From Azolla caroliniana (lineage: Eukaryota > Plantae > Polypodiophyta), in NCBI GenBank assembly GCA_043228905.1, contig JBHGNT010000001.1, forward strand, positions 27,838,001-27,902,000: a DNA stretch of 64,000 nt, given 5' to 3'. Each line of letters starts with the position of its first letter. Position 1 is the stretch's first letter. Shown here in pieces: positions 11,750 through 26,425 of this stretch. The notes beneath the pieces are model-generated. The model had not been told where the DNA came from. It worked only from the letters and a program-made list of their open reading frames with translations, and did not search any database. A program made the translations under genes and the position numbers.

Positions 11750-13550
11750 TAATGTTGCTAGGGTCAGAAGCTTGGAAAGAAATGTTTCTAAATCAGCTTA
11801 TGAAGTTAAGTCCTAAGATGGGGAGAGTTTGGTCACCCTCTCTAAAATGGTTGTTCTTGAATATGTGCAAACGTCAAGGCGGGATCTAGCATCTAATTGA
11901 TTTTTGTTAGGAATCATAAGGGCACGGGATGGGATTAAGCCATTTCTGATTAAGCAGAAGCCATCTACTTGGGATGCACTGCTTAATCAGCCTCTTCTTG
12001 CAAATTCTCTATTTCGGGATACTGTAGGAAAAGTGTTGGATCTTAGAACTCACCTTGCCTGGGGTAAACTGGATAATGGGCCAACTGCATCTATAAGCAG
12101 TCAGATTCAATTCCAGCAAATGTCACAATTAGATTGTCTTGCATATTTACAAGTTGTTCATGGTGCCAAGATAATGACGACTACCATTTTAGTGTCATAT
12201 TCCTCATTGACGACAACCTTCTAACCCATACAAGAACATTTTTTGGTTTGGATGCTTCATAAATGACATATTGTTGGTTGTCAAGGGTATCTCACCTATT
12301 GGGTGCATTTCTTATTTTGAGGTTCTTGATAACAATAGATTGCAGACTCATGCAATTGACTGCAACTATTTACAACACGCACCAGTTAGTGTTGTTGCTA
12401 AAATGGGAAAGAAGTGGTTGCTTGATCCTTACCCTTCCATCGCTCATATGTGTGATATGTATGTGGTTGTACGCAAAAGAACCTGTTGCAAGATTACTAT
12501 GGGATGGGGGGGTTGGTTCTGGACATATTCCTTGGGGGAATAGATCATAAATGTGCCCTTCTTTCAATATTCAGTGAAGCTTGGAAGGTCATTACTAATG
12601 TCTACGAATGTAATGGTGTTAGTAGCTCAAAAACATTGGACTAACTGGGGTGTTTCAACGTTGCAATTGAAAACCTATTGGAGATGGATCTGATCTTTCA
12701 AGGGGCCCACTAAATTTATTCTTCTTAGATGGCTATTAGTGCATGCGACATTACCAGTTGTCCAATCATTGAAAGGGAATGTAGCACCTAAGCTTAGGCA
12801 ATGTGGATTTTGCTATGGAACTCAGGTGACTACTAAGCATGCCCTCTGGTTTTGTCCCTTGGCTCAGCAAGTATGGAATAAAGTTCTTTCTTTATTCCTA
12901 ACGATCAATGTTGGTTGCTTGTTCTCATGGGGAGCAATGGTGTGGGGAATTTTACATTCCAGCTTGATGTTGTATGAGGCAGACGATATTCAAGAGGCCA
13001 TGACGATACACAACAGAAGTTTGATATCGGTTAGTCCGTTTCAATAACCTCAAAAGCAAGTGCGATCTGTCCAGATTTGGAAAATTGTGACTACGGTAAT
13101 GTTATGGGTATGATGGAAATGTAGAAGCAGTCGACTTTATGATGCACTAAAGCTTGGTCCTTCAGATGTACTGCTGGAGATATGGGAAACACTATTGACA
13201 ATACTCCGTGGGCAGTATGATAATATGAATGGTTCTCCAGGAAATATTCATAAGAGAAGGATGAAGGTTCTTCACTTATGGAGGAAGTTGTCCTTCTTCG
13301 TAGTGTCAAATTAGGGACCTCAATGGAACTATCAACTTCCATGGACCCTTTCTTGAATATAAAAACATCATGCTAATGTACCGTATCAAGGTTCAACACC
13401 CCTGTATAAGTTGTTTTTGTATGTACAGGTTTTGGTGTACATACATTGTCTTTTATTCTACGTTGTAAGCCTATGGGCAGATAACTTCAACTTGACATAG
13501 TCTTTAGACGTTTTTTTAATTCTATTGAAGAAAATCTTTCAAGGAAAAAA
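11750..13550 (+). mobile_element. 5'-truncated decayed LINE (ORF2 3' part)
   Basis: ORF fragments 11904-13047 resemble the other LINE ORF2 C-termini (AWGKLDNG, WLLDP, CGFC..TTKHALWFCP). A-rich end near 13545; no TSD recognised; ends approximate. Confidence 0.8.
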
Positions 13551-14558
13551 GATAAAATTTGATTGGACTTTGTGTTGATGGTAATTACTGTTGGTAACCC
13601 AAAGTTGTAATATGGCTTCTTTAGTGTCGGTGCACCTATTAGTGCCCTCATGGTTTTACCATAGCCTTACTATACTCTTCCACCAATTTGAACCTTTGCC
13701 CATTTTTGTGGTAAGTGATATAATGGCTTGACAAGGTGTGCATAGCATGGTATCCATATATGGATGTAGATACACATGCCCCCAACAATGTATGCACTTT
13801 CGACAATGTTTCACAAACTTCCTTCATCTTTTGTCATGTTAACCTTCAACATGGATGGATTATGATAATCGTTCTTGCATAACTATTTCACAATGAGGAT
13901 GTCTAATTGTCCCAATACCAACTTATCTCTTGATAGATGTAGATGTGTCCGTTCAAGCTTCTCTAATATCTTCTTCACAATCAAATATGTGATCCCATGT
14001 GAACTTTCTGCACCCAAGTGCCATCCTTATTTGACTCTTCGTGGACTTCATTGGAATGTCATCTAGGAATGACAGAATTATGCTTGGAGTGCAATCTCAT
14101 CAAAACTTATCCATAGAGTTCATCAATGAGTGATAGAGTTTCTTGGTCCTTGTGGTATAGTGCACATTGATACTAGCCTAATTCGACTTCATATTACCGC
14201 AACAATACGTTGTCGTTGAGCATTGATTAGAATTTATCATAATCTGATTAGAAATTGCCAATTAAGTAGGTAGATCAACTCGCAATTGTTTTTAGCAAAC
14301 TCATCGATGATTGACCCAATCATAGAGTTATGAATCGTTACTTATTAACCTTTTCTTTCTCCTTCTTGATTGCCATCCAATTTCTTCTCCTTGGCTTGTA
14401 TTGCGAGTCTTGTGTTTCTTTGATGGGCTATCCAATCCATCCTTCTATGGGGGGAAGTTTGGGACTTATCACGAGTTTTACATAACCAACCTAGAATCAA
14501 AACTTACGAGTTCTAGGGTAAATTATAATCATTTGTTGGCAAGACGAGTAGGAGAGGG

Positions 14559-14771
14559 TGTCAATATGCTCCTAAGCCGATGGGCAAACACCAGAGAATG
14601 AAGAAAGCAAGCTCTAAACCTAATATTCAAATGCACAAAAACGGGCCTAAGCTCACTTAATCACTCTTAAGAACACAATATTAACGATTAAGGTTGATGA
14701 AGCTTAGGAGGAGATGAGGAGGTAAGAGGCTCAAAGCTCTAGCTTAAAAGGGCGTGTAAAGGTGTGTGACA
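14559..14771 (+). mobile_element. Possible old LTR remnant
   Basis: TGTCA...TGACA termini preceded by purine-rich GAGTAGGAGAGGG (PPT-like). The partner LTR was not seen. Confidence 0.35.
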
Positions 14772-14965
14772 CAAGTCTCTCTCTCTCTCTCTCTCTCTCT
14801 AGTTCTAGTTCTAGTGCTGATTGGGTTAATAGTTATGTTCCTTCTTCTTCTTAATTCGTTTTGTCCATGAGCAGAGCGTCTAATCCATACATCCAGCCAT
14901 GTGCCGGCAATTCAAAAATCCTGGTCGAAGAACGAAGCTAGCAGGAGCAAGAAAGCAAGAGAGCT

Positions 14966-17900
14966 ATGGCCATCGCCAGGTCCGCCTACGCGATTCTCTT
15001 TCTGTTCCCATATCTTCTTCTTCTTCTTCTTCTTCTTCTTCTCCGTCGATTCCCGCAGGTCTCCGGAACCGCTTCTTCCTCGCCTCTCCGTTTCCACCAT
15101 TTCTCCCTCTTCGGGTACTTCTTCTTTCCTTGCTTCCTGCCTCTCACAGTTTTCCTGTTTTCTTTTCTTTTTTGTAGTACATCGTCTTGCATTACTTACC
15201 TGTTTTTAAATTCAATACGTTTTCTTTCTCCTTTCCACACTTTCGCTGCTACTTCTTCTCCCTAACAATTTTACTCTACTAGAATTCCCTTCTTTCATCA
15301 ACCTGTTTTGCTTCAATACATTGTCTTCTTCTTTCCTCTCTTTCAGTTTTTTTTATCCACTTCCTGACGGTTTTCTATCGGTTTGAGCTGATTCTTACTT
15401 AAGAAAAAGACCAGAAAATGTGGCATCATTCATTACATTGACAATTTTTTGCATTGATTATTATGTTTTTTTCTTTGATTATTTAAGTTCAACATGTCTT
15501 AGAAACACAAAAAATGCTTGCTTTAGGCCTAGTTTAGTTTCTCACGGTTTCGCCGTCCGCATCTTCCATATCTTGCACATATTTTTATTATTTTCAGTTC
15601 CTGTTTAAGTACAATTCATCTTAAAAGGCTACACTATATGGTTATCATCCAGAGGATTGTTCAACTTCCAAGTTTTTCTTTCTTCTACAGGGTTTACTAT
15701 TGAAATGCATGTATTTCTGGAAAATTTCATTTATTAATTGGTAACGTTTACTTTTTTATGCATGAAATAAATAGAAGCTTATGAGACAATACTATAACGT
15801 TGTAGGATTTTCCTTTCTTTCTCTGCTTCTATAAACGTAAAAGTCTGGAATGCCTGTATCATTGATCATATTGAGATATCCTTCTCAAGTTCCGTGATTT
15901 TTCTTCTAAGATTAAGGATTCAAATGCCTACAACAGTGCCATTCTTAACATGTATATCTTGAGGAATTTCCTTTTTATGTGTGATATGATTATGTCTTCT
16001 CAATATAGTGGAAGCCAACAATTTATAGGATTTTCTTGACTTCTCAATATATCTTTAAAGAGTTTAAATATATGCATCACATTGAGATCTACATCTCAAC
16101 TTCCCAGACATTTCTTCTATGGTCTAAGATTCAAATGCATATAAATGCATACTCCTATGCATGTATATGTATGTGGACCTTGGTTATTCTCTTTTTTTAT
16201 CAGGTTCCGGAAATTATGAAGAAATTTTATTAATTAATAGAATTTTCTTGACTTCACTGCATGTCTACTTTAGTGTATCGTAAATGATTATATGGCGTGT
16301 GTGATGTGTGACTTTGAATTGGTTTTGACTCGTCAACTTCCAAGATATGTTCAGATATTTTCTACATTTTAGGTTTCAAAGTATATACAAATGTGGCCTT
16401 TTACACACTTATGTCTCCAACTAAGTGTATCTAGATGTATTCTTGTATTATAGCGAGAAAATACCAAAATTATAAGAATTTAATAGAAAATGATATATCT
16501 TTGTCAAATTTTGTTCCCTTGACAAATAATGAACTGGTATTTTAGTGAATGAGAACATATGGATAAAAGGCATGTATGCTGCATCACTTTTGATTCTTAA
16601 CTTCCAAGACATTTTGTTTAGTCTTCAAAATATATATGGAACTGTTCTTTAACACATCTACATCTTCAATCAAGTATATGTGGATGTATTCATACATTAT
16701 AGTGATAAAATACCACAAGTATAATAGTTTAGCAAACAATTTGTTGAGTATCCTTTTAATGCCACAAATGATAAGAATTTAGCAGAAAAATGATATGTTT
16801 CTGTTCTCTTGACAAATAATCAACTGGTATTTTAGTGAATGAGAGCAAATTCATCCTGAACACAGATCGTATTCTATATGATAGGATTGAAAGCATTTGA
16901 CAAACCACACATGGTTCATTATATGTATAGGCATGTAGATGCTTGATCACTTGCATTTTATTCTATAGATGGAAAGTATTTGATAAAGCATCCCTTGGTT
17001 CTATTGAACTGTCAGTTATACCGACAGATCTTTATGTTTTATATCCTGGATCCAAAAAGGTTAAAAATATATTTTTAAAAAGAAGCTGCTATAGCAGTTT
17101 TTAATACAGGAAAGGAATGTGTAGGGTGCTTGTTTAGTGGAAACAAAAATGTGTTTGATGATATGAGAAGGAAATCGTGTACATCATGTGCATTAGAGAT
17201 TATCAGAGAAAGAGCGATTTTTTATACTCTTGGACTTATAATCTTATTTAGTGTGTCTGAAGCTATTCTTATTTTCTTCCAATGAACATGTGGAGGATTT
17301 GGATGATTATCAGTATTTGACTTTACCCCAAACTTAGTTGACTTTTTTTATTTGTTGACCGGAAAACCTGACACCAGAAGGGCTAACATGGATAAGGTTT
17401 AGTCAATAAAACTCACAAATTTGAAGGGATATGTTTTGATGCCTGGGATAGATAGATAGGTAGATTGTCTTATATCCTTGAAGTTAAAATATTACCTAGG
17501 GGATAAGGTGAACAGTAGTTCTCATGGAGTTAATAAGGGTCTTTGGATGCTCAAAGGGTGCAAATTGTATTTGAGAAAGAGTGTATATAGGGATAGGCTA
17601 AGGCTGAAAATATGGGAAAAGCAAATTTTAGTGTGACTGCTGTAGAGTGATAATCAAACTTGCAAACATGTTCTGGGCAAAACGTACTTAGTCGATGAGT
17701 CTCCTCATTGGTGCCCAAATGTCCCATTTCACATTGAGGAGAACGTAAACGAAGTTTTTGAAAAATGACTGTGGATGCAGACAAGGGAATTGGCTCTATC
17801 CTGTATGACTGTGTGTAGTTTGCCCATCTGGAGAGGATGATTGTTGCAAAATATGTAATATAAGATGTTTAAATATAAACATCTCTCCCAAGCATTGATA

Positions 17901-20565
17901 CATTGGCATTGCAAAAAACCTCATGCACCAAGGAATTTATTGAGGCATTATGAAGTAAGTGTAATGCATCCCATTCTCCAAATCGTCTCAGCATATATTG
18001 CATCCAATTAAGAGGGAACCTTGGTTATAGGGTCATATGGGATGGTGAATGTATGCTAGAAGGCACTTAAGAATGATAAGAAAGTGAGAAAAGGATTCAG
18101 AAGCATTTTCTAGTTTAATTTGAGTTCTCTTAGTTGTATCATTGGTCCTCATATAATCCATTCCCATTGCTCACGCTAAAGATATGGGTAAGCATGAAAT
18201 CCTATTTTTCTTGACGGATAGTGGGTTGAAGATTTGACGTGGTTATTATCTTATGACATGGTTGAAGATTCAACATGGTTTCTCTTATGACACATTTGGA
18301 TATATGCTCATTGTTGTTGTGATAGGATGAATCGAGTATGATAATATCCTTGGCGCATTTGCTTAATACAATGTTAGCTGCATTTCTACCTATTCCAGGA
18401 TGTGGTTTTACACTGTAATGATTAAATGAAACCCTTTTTTATGGAGTCATAAAAAATGAATCACTATGTTGCATTCATTTGTGTAACTGCAAGGAATATT
18501 AGCTCATATTAATATCTATATTTTGGATGTAGCCAAATATATACATATGATGAGGTAAACTGCAGATTGAGACTCTACATAGAACTTGGAGATCATGTAA
18601 GTAGACTGATCATTCTCCCTTGATACTAAAGGAGTTCTTTGTTGTATTTCTTCACTTGTTTTCAAACATCTTATTTCCATACCCTTCTAGGTGTGGTTAC
18701 AAACTATAGACGACAAATACTATATAGTGCAGCTGCCTATGAATAATTATTCTGGCTTAGTAGGCCAAGCTTCTGTGCTTTCATGTCATGAAGGGGATGA
18801 ATCTATGTGGAGGAAACCATTTGTTGTTCATGGTATAATCACTGCTCAAAACTTTATGTTTCTAGTTCATTGTTGATGTAGTAACCACATGACTTGCAGA
18901 GTATGTTAAATATAGAGCTGCTGCATTTTCATTATTCAAAATCTGATAAGAGTATCCAACCTCCATCAGTATATGAAATGTACCGTTTTGTTCATGCATG
19001 TGCATGATATCTTGCTTTCAATTATCCACTGGGCATGTACGATTTGAAGGATTACATGCATGTTATTTTTCGATATTTTTTATGAGTCTTACATCTGAGT
19101 TTGTGTATCAGGTGATATTGGAGCATATCGGCTTGATATCATTCTTGGAGACCAAAATGCTAATACTAGCAACCAATGGGATTATACTGAAGGTACCATT
19201 TTAACATAATCTTGTCATGTGTTGGGTTACAATATAAATCTTGTAATCAGAAATACAGTCTCTTGTTTTTCTAAATGAGGACATAGCCTAATACTGTTAA
19301 GCTCGTGAATTTGCATATGTATGTTATTAGCATGAAAAGGAATCCGTGAGGAGTTTCAATATACTTTAGTACACTTGTATAGAATACAGCAATGTTGTAT
19401 ATCCTGCAAACCAACCTTTGTTTCTGACTTTACGATCAATTTTTTGTTCATTGTTTTTATCTTCCTTTGTTTGGGATGCATTCTCATCTATGTGAATGAG
19501 GGTATTTTCTGGAAAGTGGGCCAAACTTAGAATAAACTTGTTGAACCTTATTGAGCATTTAGACTTTCCTTAGGTCTGTGAAGTAAATACTGAGATATTT
19601 TTGTTTCATGTGATAAATACACATCTAATAAGCTTAATATTAGACCATAGAAGGCATCCATGGGGTTATTTGCGAATGCTGATATATTATTTCTTCATGT
19701 GATTTATATCACATATATATCTATGATCTAATACAATTGCCACTGCAGTGCCGAATTTGTTGAGGGATGTGGGTGATGCGATAAATATCAACTTATACAC
19801 ACATCACATCATTCATTCACATAACTTGTCATCAAGTAAGCTGGTTTAGTTCTGGATAAAGTTTGAATTAAGAGACGAGGCAAACTGTAGATTTTAATGC
19901 AACGATATCAACAAAATGTAATCAAATGGGCGAAGATGAGAGACTTACTGCTTTTAGAAATGATCCATATGGTTTATTCAGACTTATATCGAAGTCATCA
20001 TACATATAGCACAGCGAGATTTGCAAGATTGATACATGAAAATGGGCACTTATCTTATCCTTGGAAAGTGATTTTGTATTCCCAGTACATCAAAAAGTGG
20101 CAGATTTCTCTGTTGATAGCTTCTTTTGTGATATTACAACTCATAAACAGCATCCTCTACAAAGGCATTATGCTCTTCGAGTTGGCCCTATCATTGGGAC
20201 CAAAGGTCAATCGACTAGAGGATGAATTTGCAAGGGATGATAACGTTGATGATGACGATACAAATACGAGTCTTGCATCTTGGCAGTTGTGTATGACTAG
20301 ACCATGTTCTATGATGAAACATCTTGATTTGCAGAGTGGACCAGAAATGCCTTTATTTCGTGGGAAGGGCACTTTTGAAGAAGCATGGCATGTTGCGGAG
20401 GAGTGCTTGAATGAAGAGATTGTTAGTAATTATCAAGGGACTTATTTCTTGTATAATTGTTTGGCTACAGAGCATGAAAAAAAAGTGGATGAATCTTCTT
20501 CACTAATGTTCGGTAAGTGGAACAGGGATAATGATGGCCGTTTGATTAGGCAACTATGGTCGTGA
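14966..20565 (+). CDS. Putative intron-containing gene, unknown secreted/membrane protein
   Basis: Exon 1 MAIARSAYAILFLFPYLLLLLLLLLL (signal-peptide-like) ends near 15114 at GG|gtac. Phase-compatible AG/GT-bounded exons lie at ~18566-18596, 18691-18832, 19112-19191 and 19749-19835. A terminal coding block to 20565 has a hydrophobic segment and PLFRGKGTFEEAW..FLYNCL..FGKW. The join to the last exons is unresolved. Confidence 0.55.
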
Positions 20566-21681
20566 ATTACTTCTCTATCAGTTTAATTGCTGTGCTTGAA
20601 TAGAATTTATTCCCAAACGGCTTCCTGTATAATTTTCAATTAATTCTAAAAGTTTTTGTCAAATTATTGCAATTCGATGAGATACTAGTACATCCCGATT
20701 ATTTATTGATAGTCTCTGTGATTGGCATTCAATCTTGTTATGGTCTCTCTCTCGTGATCTTGCATATAATCAACAAAGTACTTAGGCCCAAGGTATGTGA
20801 CATAACCAAACCGACATTGATGAACTACTGAATTTCTTCCATTTGCTTTGTGTGTGGTGTGAGGTGAGGTGCAAATATTATTAAAACACATTGGATGTAG
20901 AATATAATTACAAATTTGATTTGTGTCTGGAAAAGCTTATGCTTTTAGTGGCTTGAAGTTGCATCCGCATCAATTTGCAAGTGTTGAATTATTGATCAAG
21001 TATGTTCAGATGAATTTGGGGCTACAAAATTATCAAAGATAAATTGGACACCTTACATTGAAGTAGCTGCAAGTTGTTTGGAGAAAGTTAATTTATACAA
21101 TGATTCTCTCGAGAAAACGTTGATTTAGTCCACGTGCAAAATAAAATAAAAAGAACAAGGTGATAACGAAGCACAGGTATGCAGCCTGCAAAATAAAATA
21201 AAGAGAATCAGATGATAATGAGGCACAGGTATGCAGTGGAAGGGATGAGACTAAATTGATAAGAGCATAAGAAAGACCATGTCAGCATTGCACATACAAG
21301 CAACTAGAGATATTTGTACAATGTTCTCACTTTCAATGAACAAATCTTTGGCAGGGGCGTGTAGTAATGCATTTACTTCAACAATGCATGTTGAAGGATG
21401 ACAAACAATTTGCACCTTAATAGTTTTCGTTTATGCATCTATACCACATCCATTCAAATTTAAAAAACATTAATGTACAGTCCAAAATTGATTTTCTTTT
21501 GATGTCTTTGACAACTTCTGAGCAATGTTAGCTAATTCATGAAACACAGATCGTCATCTAATTCTATTTTTCTCATTCATACATCGTACTCGAAGGTTAC
21601 ATCCCAACAAATATAATGACTAAAACCACACATTTTCAGCTCAAGAAAGTCATGAAGCTCTCTTCCCTTATATTTTACACA

Positions 21682-24600
21682 TTATCTCAAAAAAGTCACA
21701 ACTTTGGGTGAGCTTTTCATTTTTTTTATGGTAGGCTTCTGAAGCAGAAGGTCAGATTGATTTTGCTTTGTTTTAGCTAGTTTTGGTGGCTTTGTGCCTT
21801 CTTCTTCAATCCCAAAAAAGTCATCTTCCAAGTCATCTCCACTTCCAAAGACAATTCGTTTTGCATGATTTCCGGAGGCTTCAGAAGGTTCTTTAGCTAC
21901 ATTATCAAGAAGACGAGAGCCCAACATTATTAATCTCTTGATAAAAACCTTAATGCCCAAAGCTTTAACACCCACATGAAAGCAACTCTAGATTTGAGAT
22001 TACAATTACATTAGCCTTTTCATAGAGCGGCAATGCCCAAATGAAAGAAACTCCAGGTTTGGGGTTTACTCACATATATGCAGCTTCAGTTGTCCACGTT
22101 TTCCACTGACAGTAGTCGAAGATTTACTAGCAGAACAATCTTTTGCAAGATGGGTCACGCCTCCACAAATCTTGCATGAACCTCCCTGTATGTGTGAATA
22201 AAAAAAATCAGTAAAGAAAGTCAACGTAGCATGTTCCAAATATAGCAAGATATATTTAACTTCAATCTCTATTTTCTTTCCTGCATCTTGGGGCAAAAGA
22301 GCAATGCATATATTTAATTTCTCTTATAAGGAGATGGTCGATAGCTGCAAAAAATGTTACCTTTGGATAAATGCCATGTGTATTTGATGGACAATTCTTA
22401 CTGAGATGTCCAGTCTGTTTGCAAAGGAAGCATTCTGCAAATTTAGTACCCCCTGACAACAAAAATAGTGAGAATTCATCCCCTAAATATATATCTTCTG
22501 GAATAAGATAAGGGAAAACTCCTAAATGACCTGAACTTTTCCTTCAATTAGTCAAATGCCCCTACTTTTTAGTTATTTCTCCATATAATTGCTCAAATAG
22601 CAGATATCATCGTGGAAAGGGAATTAATTAATCATACAATTGCTCAAATAGCACATACCATTGCTTACATAGGGTGGTTGACCAGGGGTATTTCTGGAAA
22701 TAACAAAAACATTGGGGCATTGGAGGAAATAAAGAAAAGATAGGTATTTCAGTGATTTTCAAATGCAACGAGAGGAACCATAAAGATTATGCTTACCCTC
22801 TTGTAGTGGCTCTTTGCACTCAGCTAAACGATGACCATCCTGTCCACAGTTATAACAGAATTTTTCGTCTTGTCCTTTTTCTTTCCTTGGGCAGTTCTTC
22901 AATGTATGCCCTATTCTTCGACAGCATAAACAGATCTGCAAACAAAGATGTGAAAAATACTAACATTTTAGATGCCAACTTCTATTCTTCACAGTAAGAT
23001 TAAGAGCCATAGATAAGTTTGTCTTGTAGACAGCATAGCATATAATATTTCAAACAAAATTGTAACTTCATTTATACAAAACTTTGACCCATCATAGTAA
23101 AAACTTATTAACCCATCATAGTTTCGAGTCATAGCATAGGAAATTATAAACCAAATTCAGTTTTTGCTTCTAAAAAGTTTTCACCATCAAAGTTAGCTGA
23201 CACATATGACAGCATATGATATTTCAAACCATACAGAAGTTTACTTCATGAACAAATTTCGATCAACATAGTTTGGTGGAAATTGCATGTTAATGTTGTT
23301 AGTGTTTATATAAAGACTTCATTCACTGGAATTTGGCTGGAATTAAAATGGTATGGATCCATAAAATATATTGCTGTTGAAAAATCTTGTTATTTGGCCA
23401 GGAATCCTAAACCTGTAAGTGTACTTAGCTTGGGTTCCAGTACCATATGAAGCAGTAGGCAGAAATCCACAGAAGGCACTATCATTAATCCCAGTATAGG
23501 GTTGTTCGTTTCATTTCATTTCATTTTCAGTAAATTTACTACATTGAATTCTTGTTGACTTGCAATCTCCTCTGTCGACTGCTATTTTTCTTCAAGTGAT
23601 AACTAGAGCTGTTTTGCAATTGTTCAGAACCTCTTTTTCATGGTTGCACCAAAGGTATTGAGGTGCACTTTCATGTGCAGCTTGACGATTGTCCATCTGC
23701 AGAAAATGCCGTGGACATCTTCAACAACGGTATCCTTTTGAAGACTTGGCTTGCTTGTAGGTGGGGAATTTCAAATTTGTAGAACAAAAGCAAAAGTAAA
23801 AACTGAGATTAAAAATTAAGATTGTTTTCTAGCCATAATTTGGTGCTGTGGATGAGTAGACAAGCATTAAACTTTTTCAGTATTGCTCGTTCAGTTCATG
23901 GCCGGAGTTCTTTGAAAGCTAGTACAATCTTGTAGCATTCCTGAAAACATGCTTTGTGTCCTTATATGTGATGCATCCCACAGTGAAATGTTTTTCTGTT
24001 CAGGTTAGGAGTTCTTGAAAGGTAGTACAACCTTGTAGGTATACCTGAAAATATGCCTAATGTTTTCATATGCAAAACAATCCAAAGTGACATGTTTTTC
24101 TGTTTCTGCAACATGAAGACAACATTACTCGCTTTTTTCAATGCATGAGAGTGTGTACAACAATGAGATGGCACATCTAGCCCTCTCAGGCATAGGTGCC
24201 CCTTATTTTTCTTCTATGTGCACATCCACATATTGTTCAATATGCCATCATGGAAACCATTTCTGAATGTTATGAAGCACAACCGAGATCATCAACAGCA
24301 TTGTGTCTGGATAGCTAGACTGCCTTACCACAGATCTCTTGCAATCCTTTTCAACCCATTCACTGAATTGATGTTCAGTGGTACTGCCTAGAAGTATTAC
24401 GGAGTTTTGGATTCTGTTCTTAACCCTTCGTGATGGCACAAAAATATATTCTGTATTATCATTCCATTAACTTGCCAAAGTATTATCATTCAATTAACTC
24501 ACCAACACTTTATCATTCCATTCTCAATTATGACCCATGGATAGCCGAGATCATCAACAGCATTGTGTCTGGATAGCTAAACTGCCTTACCACAGCTCTC

Positions 24601-25678
24601 TTGCAATCCTTTTCAACCCATTCACTGAATTGATGTTCAGCAGTACTGCCTAGAAGGTTGGAAATACAATATCCAAGCATAATCATGTGATAATTAGTGA
24701 GCTGATTCCTGAATGCTATTCTCTCCATTCAATATCTTGATGTCGTAAGCTTCACTATTTCAGGAAAAACGTTTTGCCTGGTTCATTAATGCATGTATCC
24801 ATTATGTGGCTACTGGGACACTCTATTTTCGCATTTCTGATCATAGGTGATGTACATTTGCTGACTTCCATTTTGAAGAGAGAAAGAGTGTGTCTGGGCG
24901 TGTATATACTCAGTTCAAGTAATAAAAAGGGCCAAGAAACGAGTATCAAAGAAAAAAGGAAAGAGGTGCTATTAGTTTATTACAATGGTCATTCCGTTTT
25001 ACGTGTTAGTATTTCATTTCTCTTGTGGAAATACACCACTCATTCCCTTTCACATGTAGTGACGCATTGTTCTTACTTCCCTATAATTTCATAATGAAGA
25101 AGAAGCGAATCATTTTGACAAAGTTCACAAGCTGATCACAGTGTACAGGATGATAATGGCAATAATCCTCTTCATTCTTCTGATGAATGGTCACACATCT
25201 TTCCAATAATCATAATAAAAAAGAAAGAGTGTTGAGGGAAAGACAATCAAAAGCGTCGCTTCCCCATTATCCATCTATCTTCGATAAAAGGCAAAGGAAT
25301 GAGGAAAAACATCACCTTTGTATCCATATCTACCTTCGAGAAAAGAAATAAGAAAAAGCAAATAGGCAAGAAGCATACCTTATTCTTATCTTTGCTGATT
25401 TTCTGGGGACAGGTTTTTGCGACATGGGAACTTGATTTACAGATGAAGCATCCATCTCCAGGTTTACTTCCAGGTACTCTGAGAGGATGAACCTTCGACT
25501 TGGAAGAAGAAGAAGAAGAAGAAGAATGTCCCTTCTTTGGCTTGCGAATAGATTTCTTCTTCACACTTAGAGAAACAGGTCTCACATCTACCGTAACAGA
25601 GGTGGAGGAAGAAGAAGAAGAAGAAGAAGAGACACCAGAAAATCGTCGTTTAGCGATCCGCTGCCTTCTGTTCGCCAT
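21682..25678 (-). CDS. CCHC zinc-knuckle protein (ZCCHC9-like), 5 exons, ~285 aa
   Basis: Exons 25678-25379, 22935-22797, 22452-22361, 22185-22074 and 21896-21682; all GT-AG and phase-consistent (858 nt). Five CX2CX4HX4C knuckles plus HPLRVPG, GGTKFAECF, HGIYPKGG and GDDLEDDF motifs typical of the plant ZCCHC9-like family. Confidence 0.92.
24282..24656 (-). repeat. Direct duplication (~113 bp, offset 262) containing a 59-nt exon-like cassette in intron 1 of the zinc-knuckle gene
   Basis: Copies 24282-24394 and 24544-24656. On the minus strand each reads ttctag|GCAGTAC...GTG|gtaagg. Confidence 0.8.
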
Positions 25679-26189
25679 GGCCAAAGCGTCAAGCTTAGTA
25701 GAGAAGCGCAGGCAGGAAGGGGGGAGGACCTTCCACATGATCTTCCCTGTCGCCCTATATATATATATATAGCAAGAATTACAGAAATGTCCCCTCCCAA
25801 CTTTATGATAATTACACACGTGCCCTCCTGAGACTTCTCTTGCTCTCCCAACCTTCATGATAATTACAGCTTCTACCCTTCTGACACTACCTTTTAGTCT
25901 AGTCTATGTGTCCCTGCTTGCTATCCTAGCTAAGAGAGAGCTTCGAATATCTCTACAACCCACCCTTGTGCCTCTCACTATCTATCCATCTATCTATCCA
26001 TCCATCCATCTATCACTCTTTTTTCTTTTTACCAAACGTGGAACTTTTGAGGGCTCGATTGAACTCGACACCAGGCCTTCTCATACGTCTAGACATTGAC
26101 CTTCCTACCTCACACCCGCATCCGTCTTCTTCTTCTTTTTCCAAAGAAAAGATACACCTTGGTATTCTAAAATCATTAGCAATACAAAA

Positions 26190-26425
26190 GTTGATGGCTG
26201 GTTCGGTGAGAACAACACTACCACCAAAACAAAGTTAATGCCAACCATAAATCCATCCGTCCATTCATGAGGAGAGAAGGACCTAAAAACATTTTCAATT
26301 CTGCTTTTGCTTCAAACATGATGGTTGGTTCGGTCAGAACAACAGCACCACCAAAACAAAGCTAATGCCAACCATAAATCCATCCATCCATTCATGAGAG
26401 AAGGACCTAAAAACATTTCTGATTT
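26190..26425. repeat. Tandem duplication, ~128-bp unit, 2 copies
   Basis: GATGG(C/T)TGGTTCGGT..CCACCAAAACAAAG..GAAGGACCTAAAAACATTT occurs twice. Confidence 0.8.

Noticed and set aside
14899-15209. Overlapping poly-Ser/Phe/Lys/Arg ORFs
   Set aside because: Alternative frames of the (CTT)n repeat; only the 14966 frame fits a gene model.
15850-16960. Degenerate duplicated blocks in an intron
   Set aside because: Ordinary local duplications with no further structure seen.
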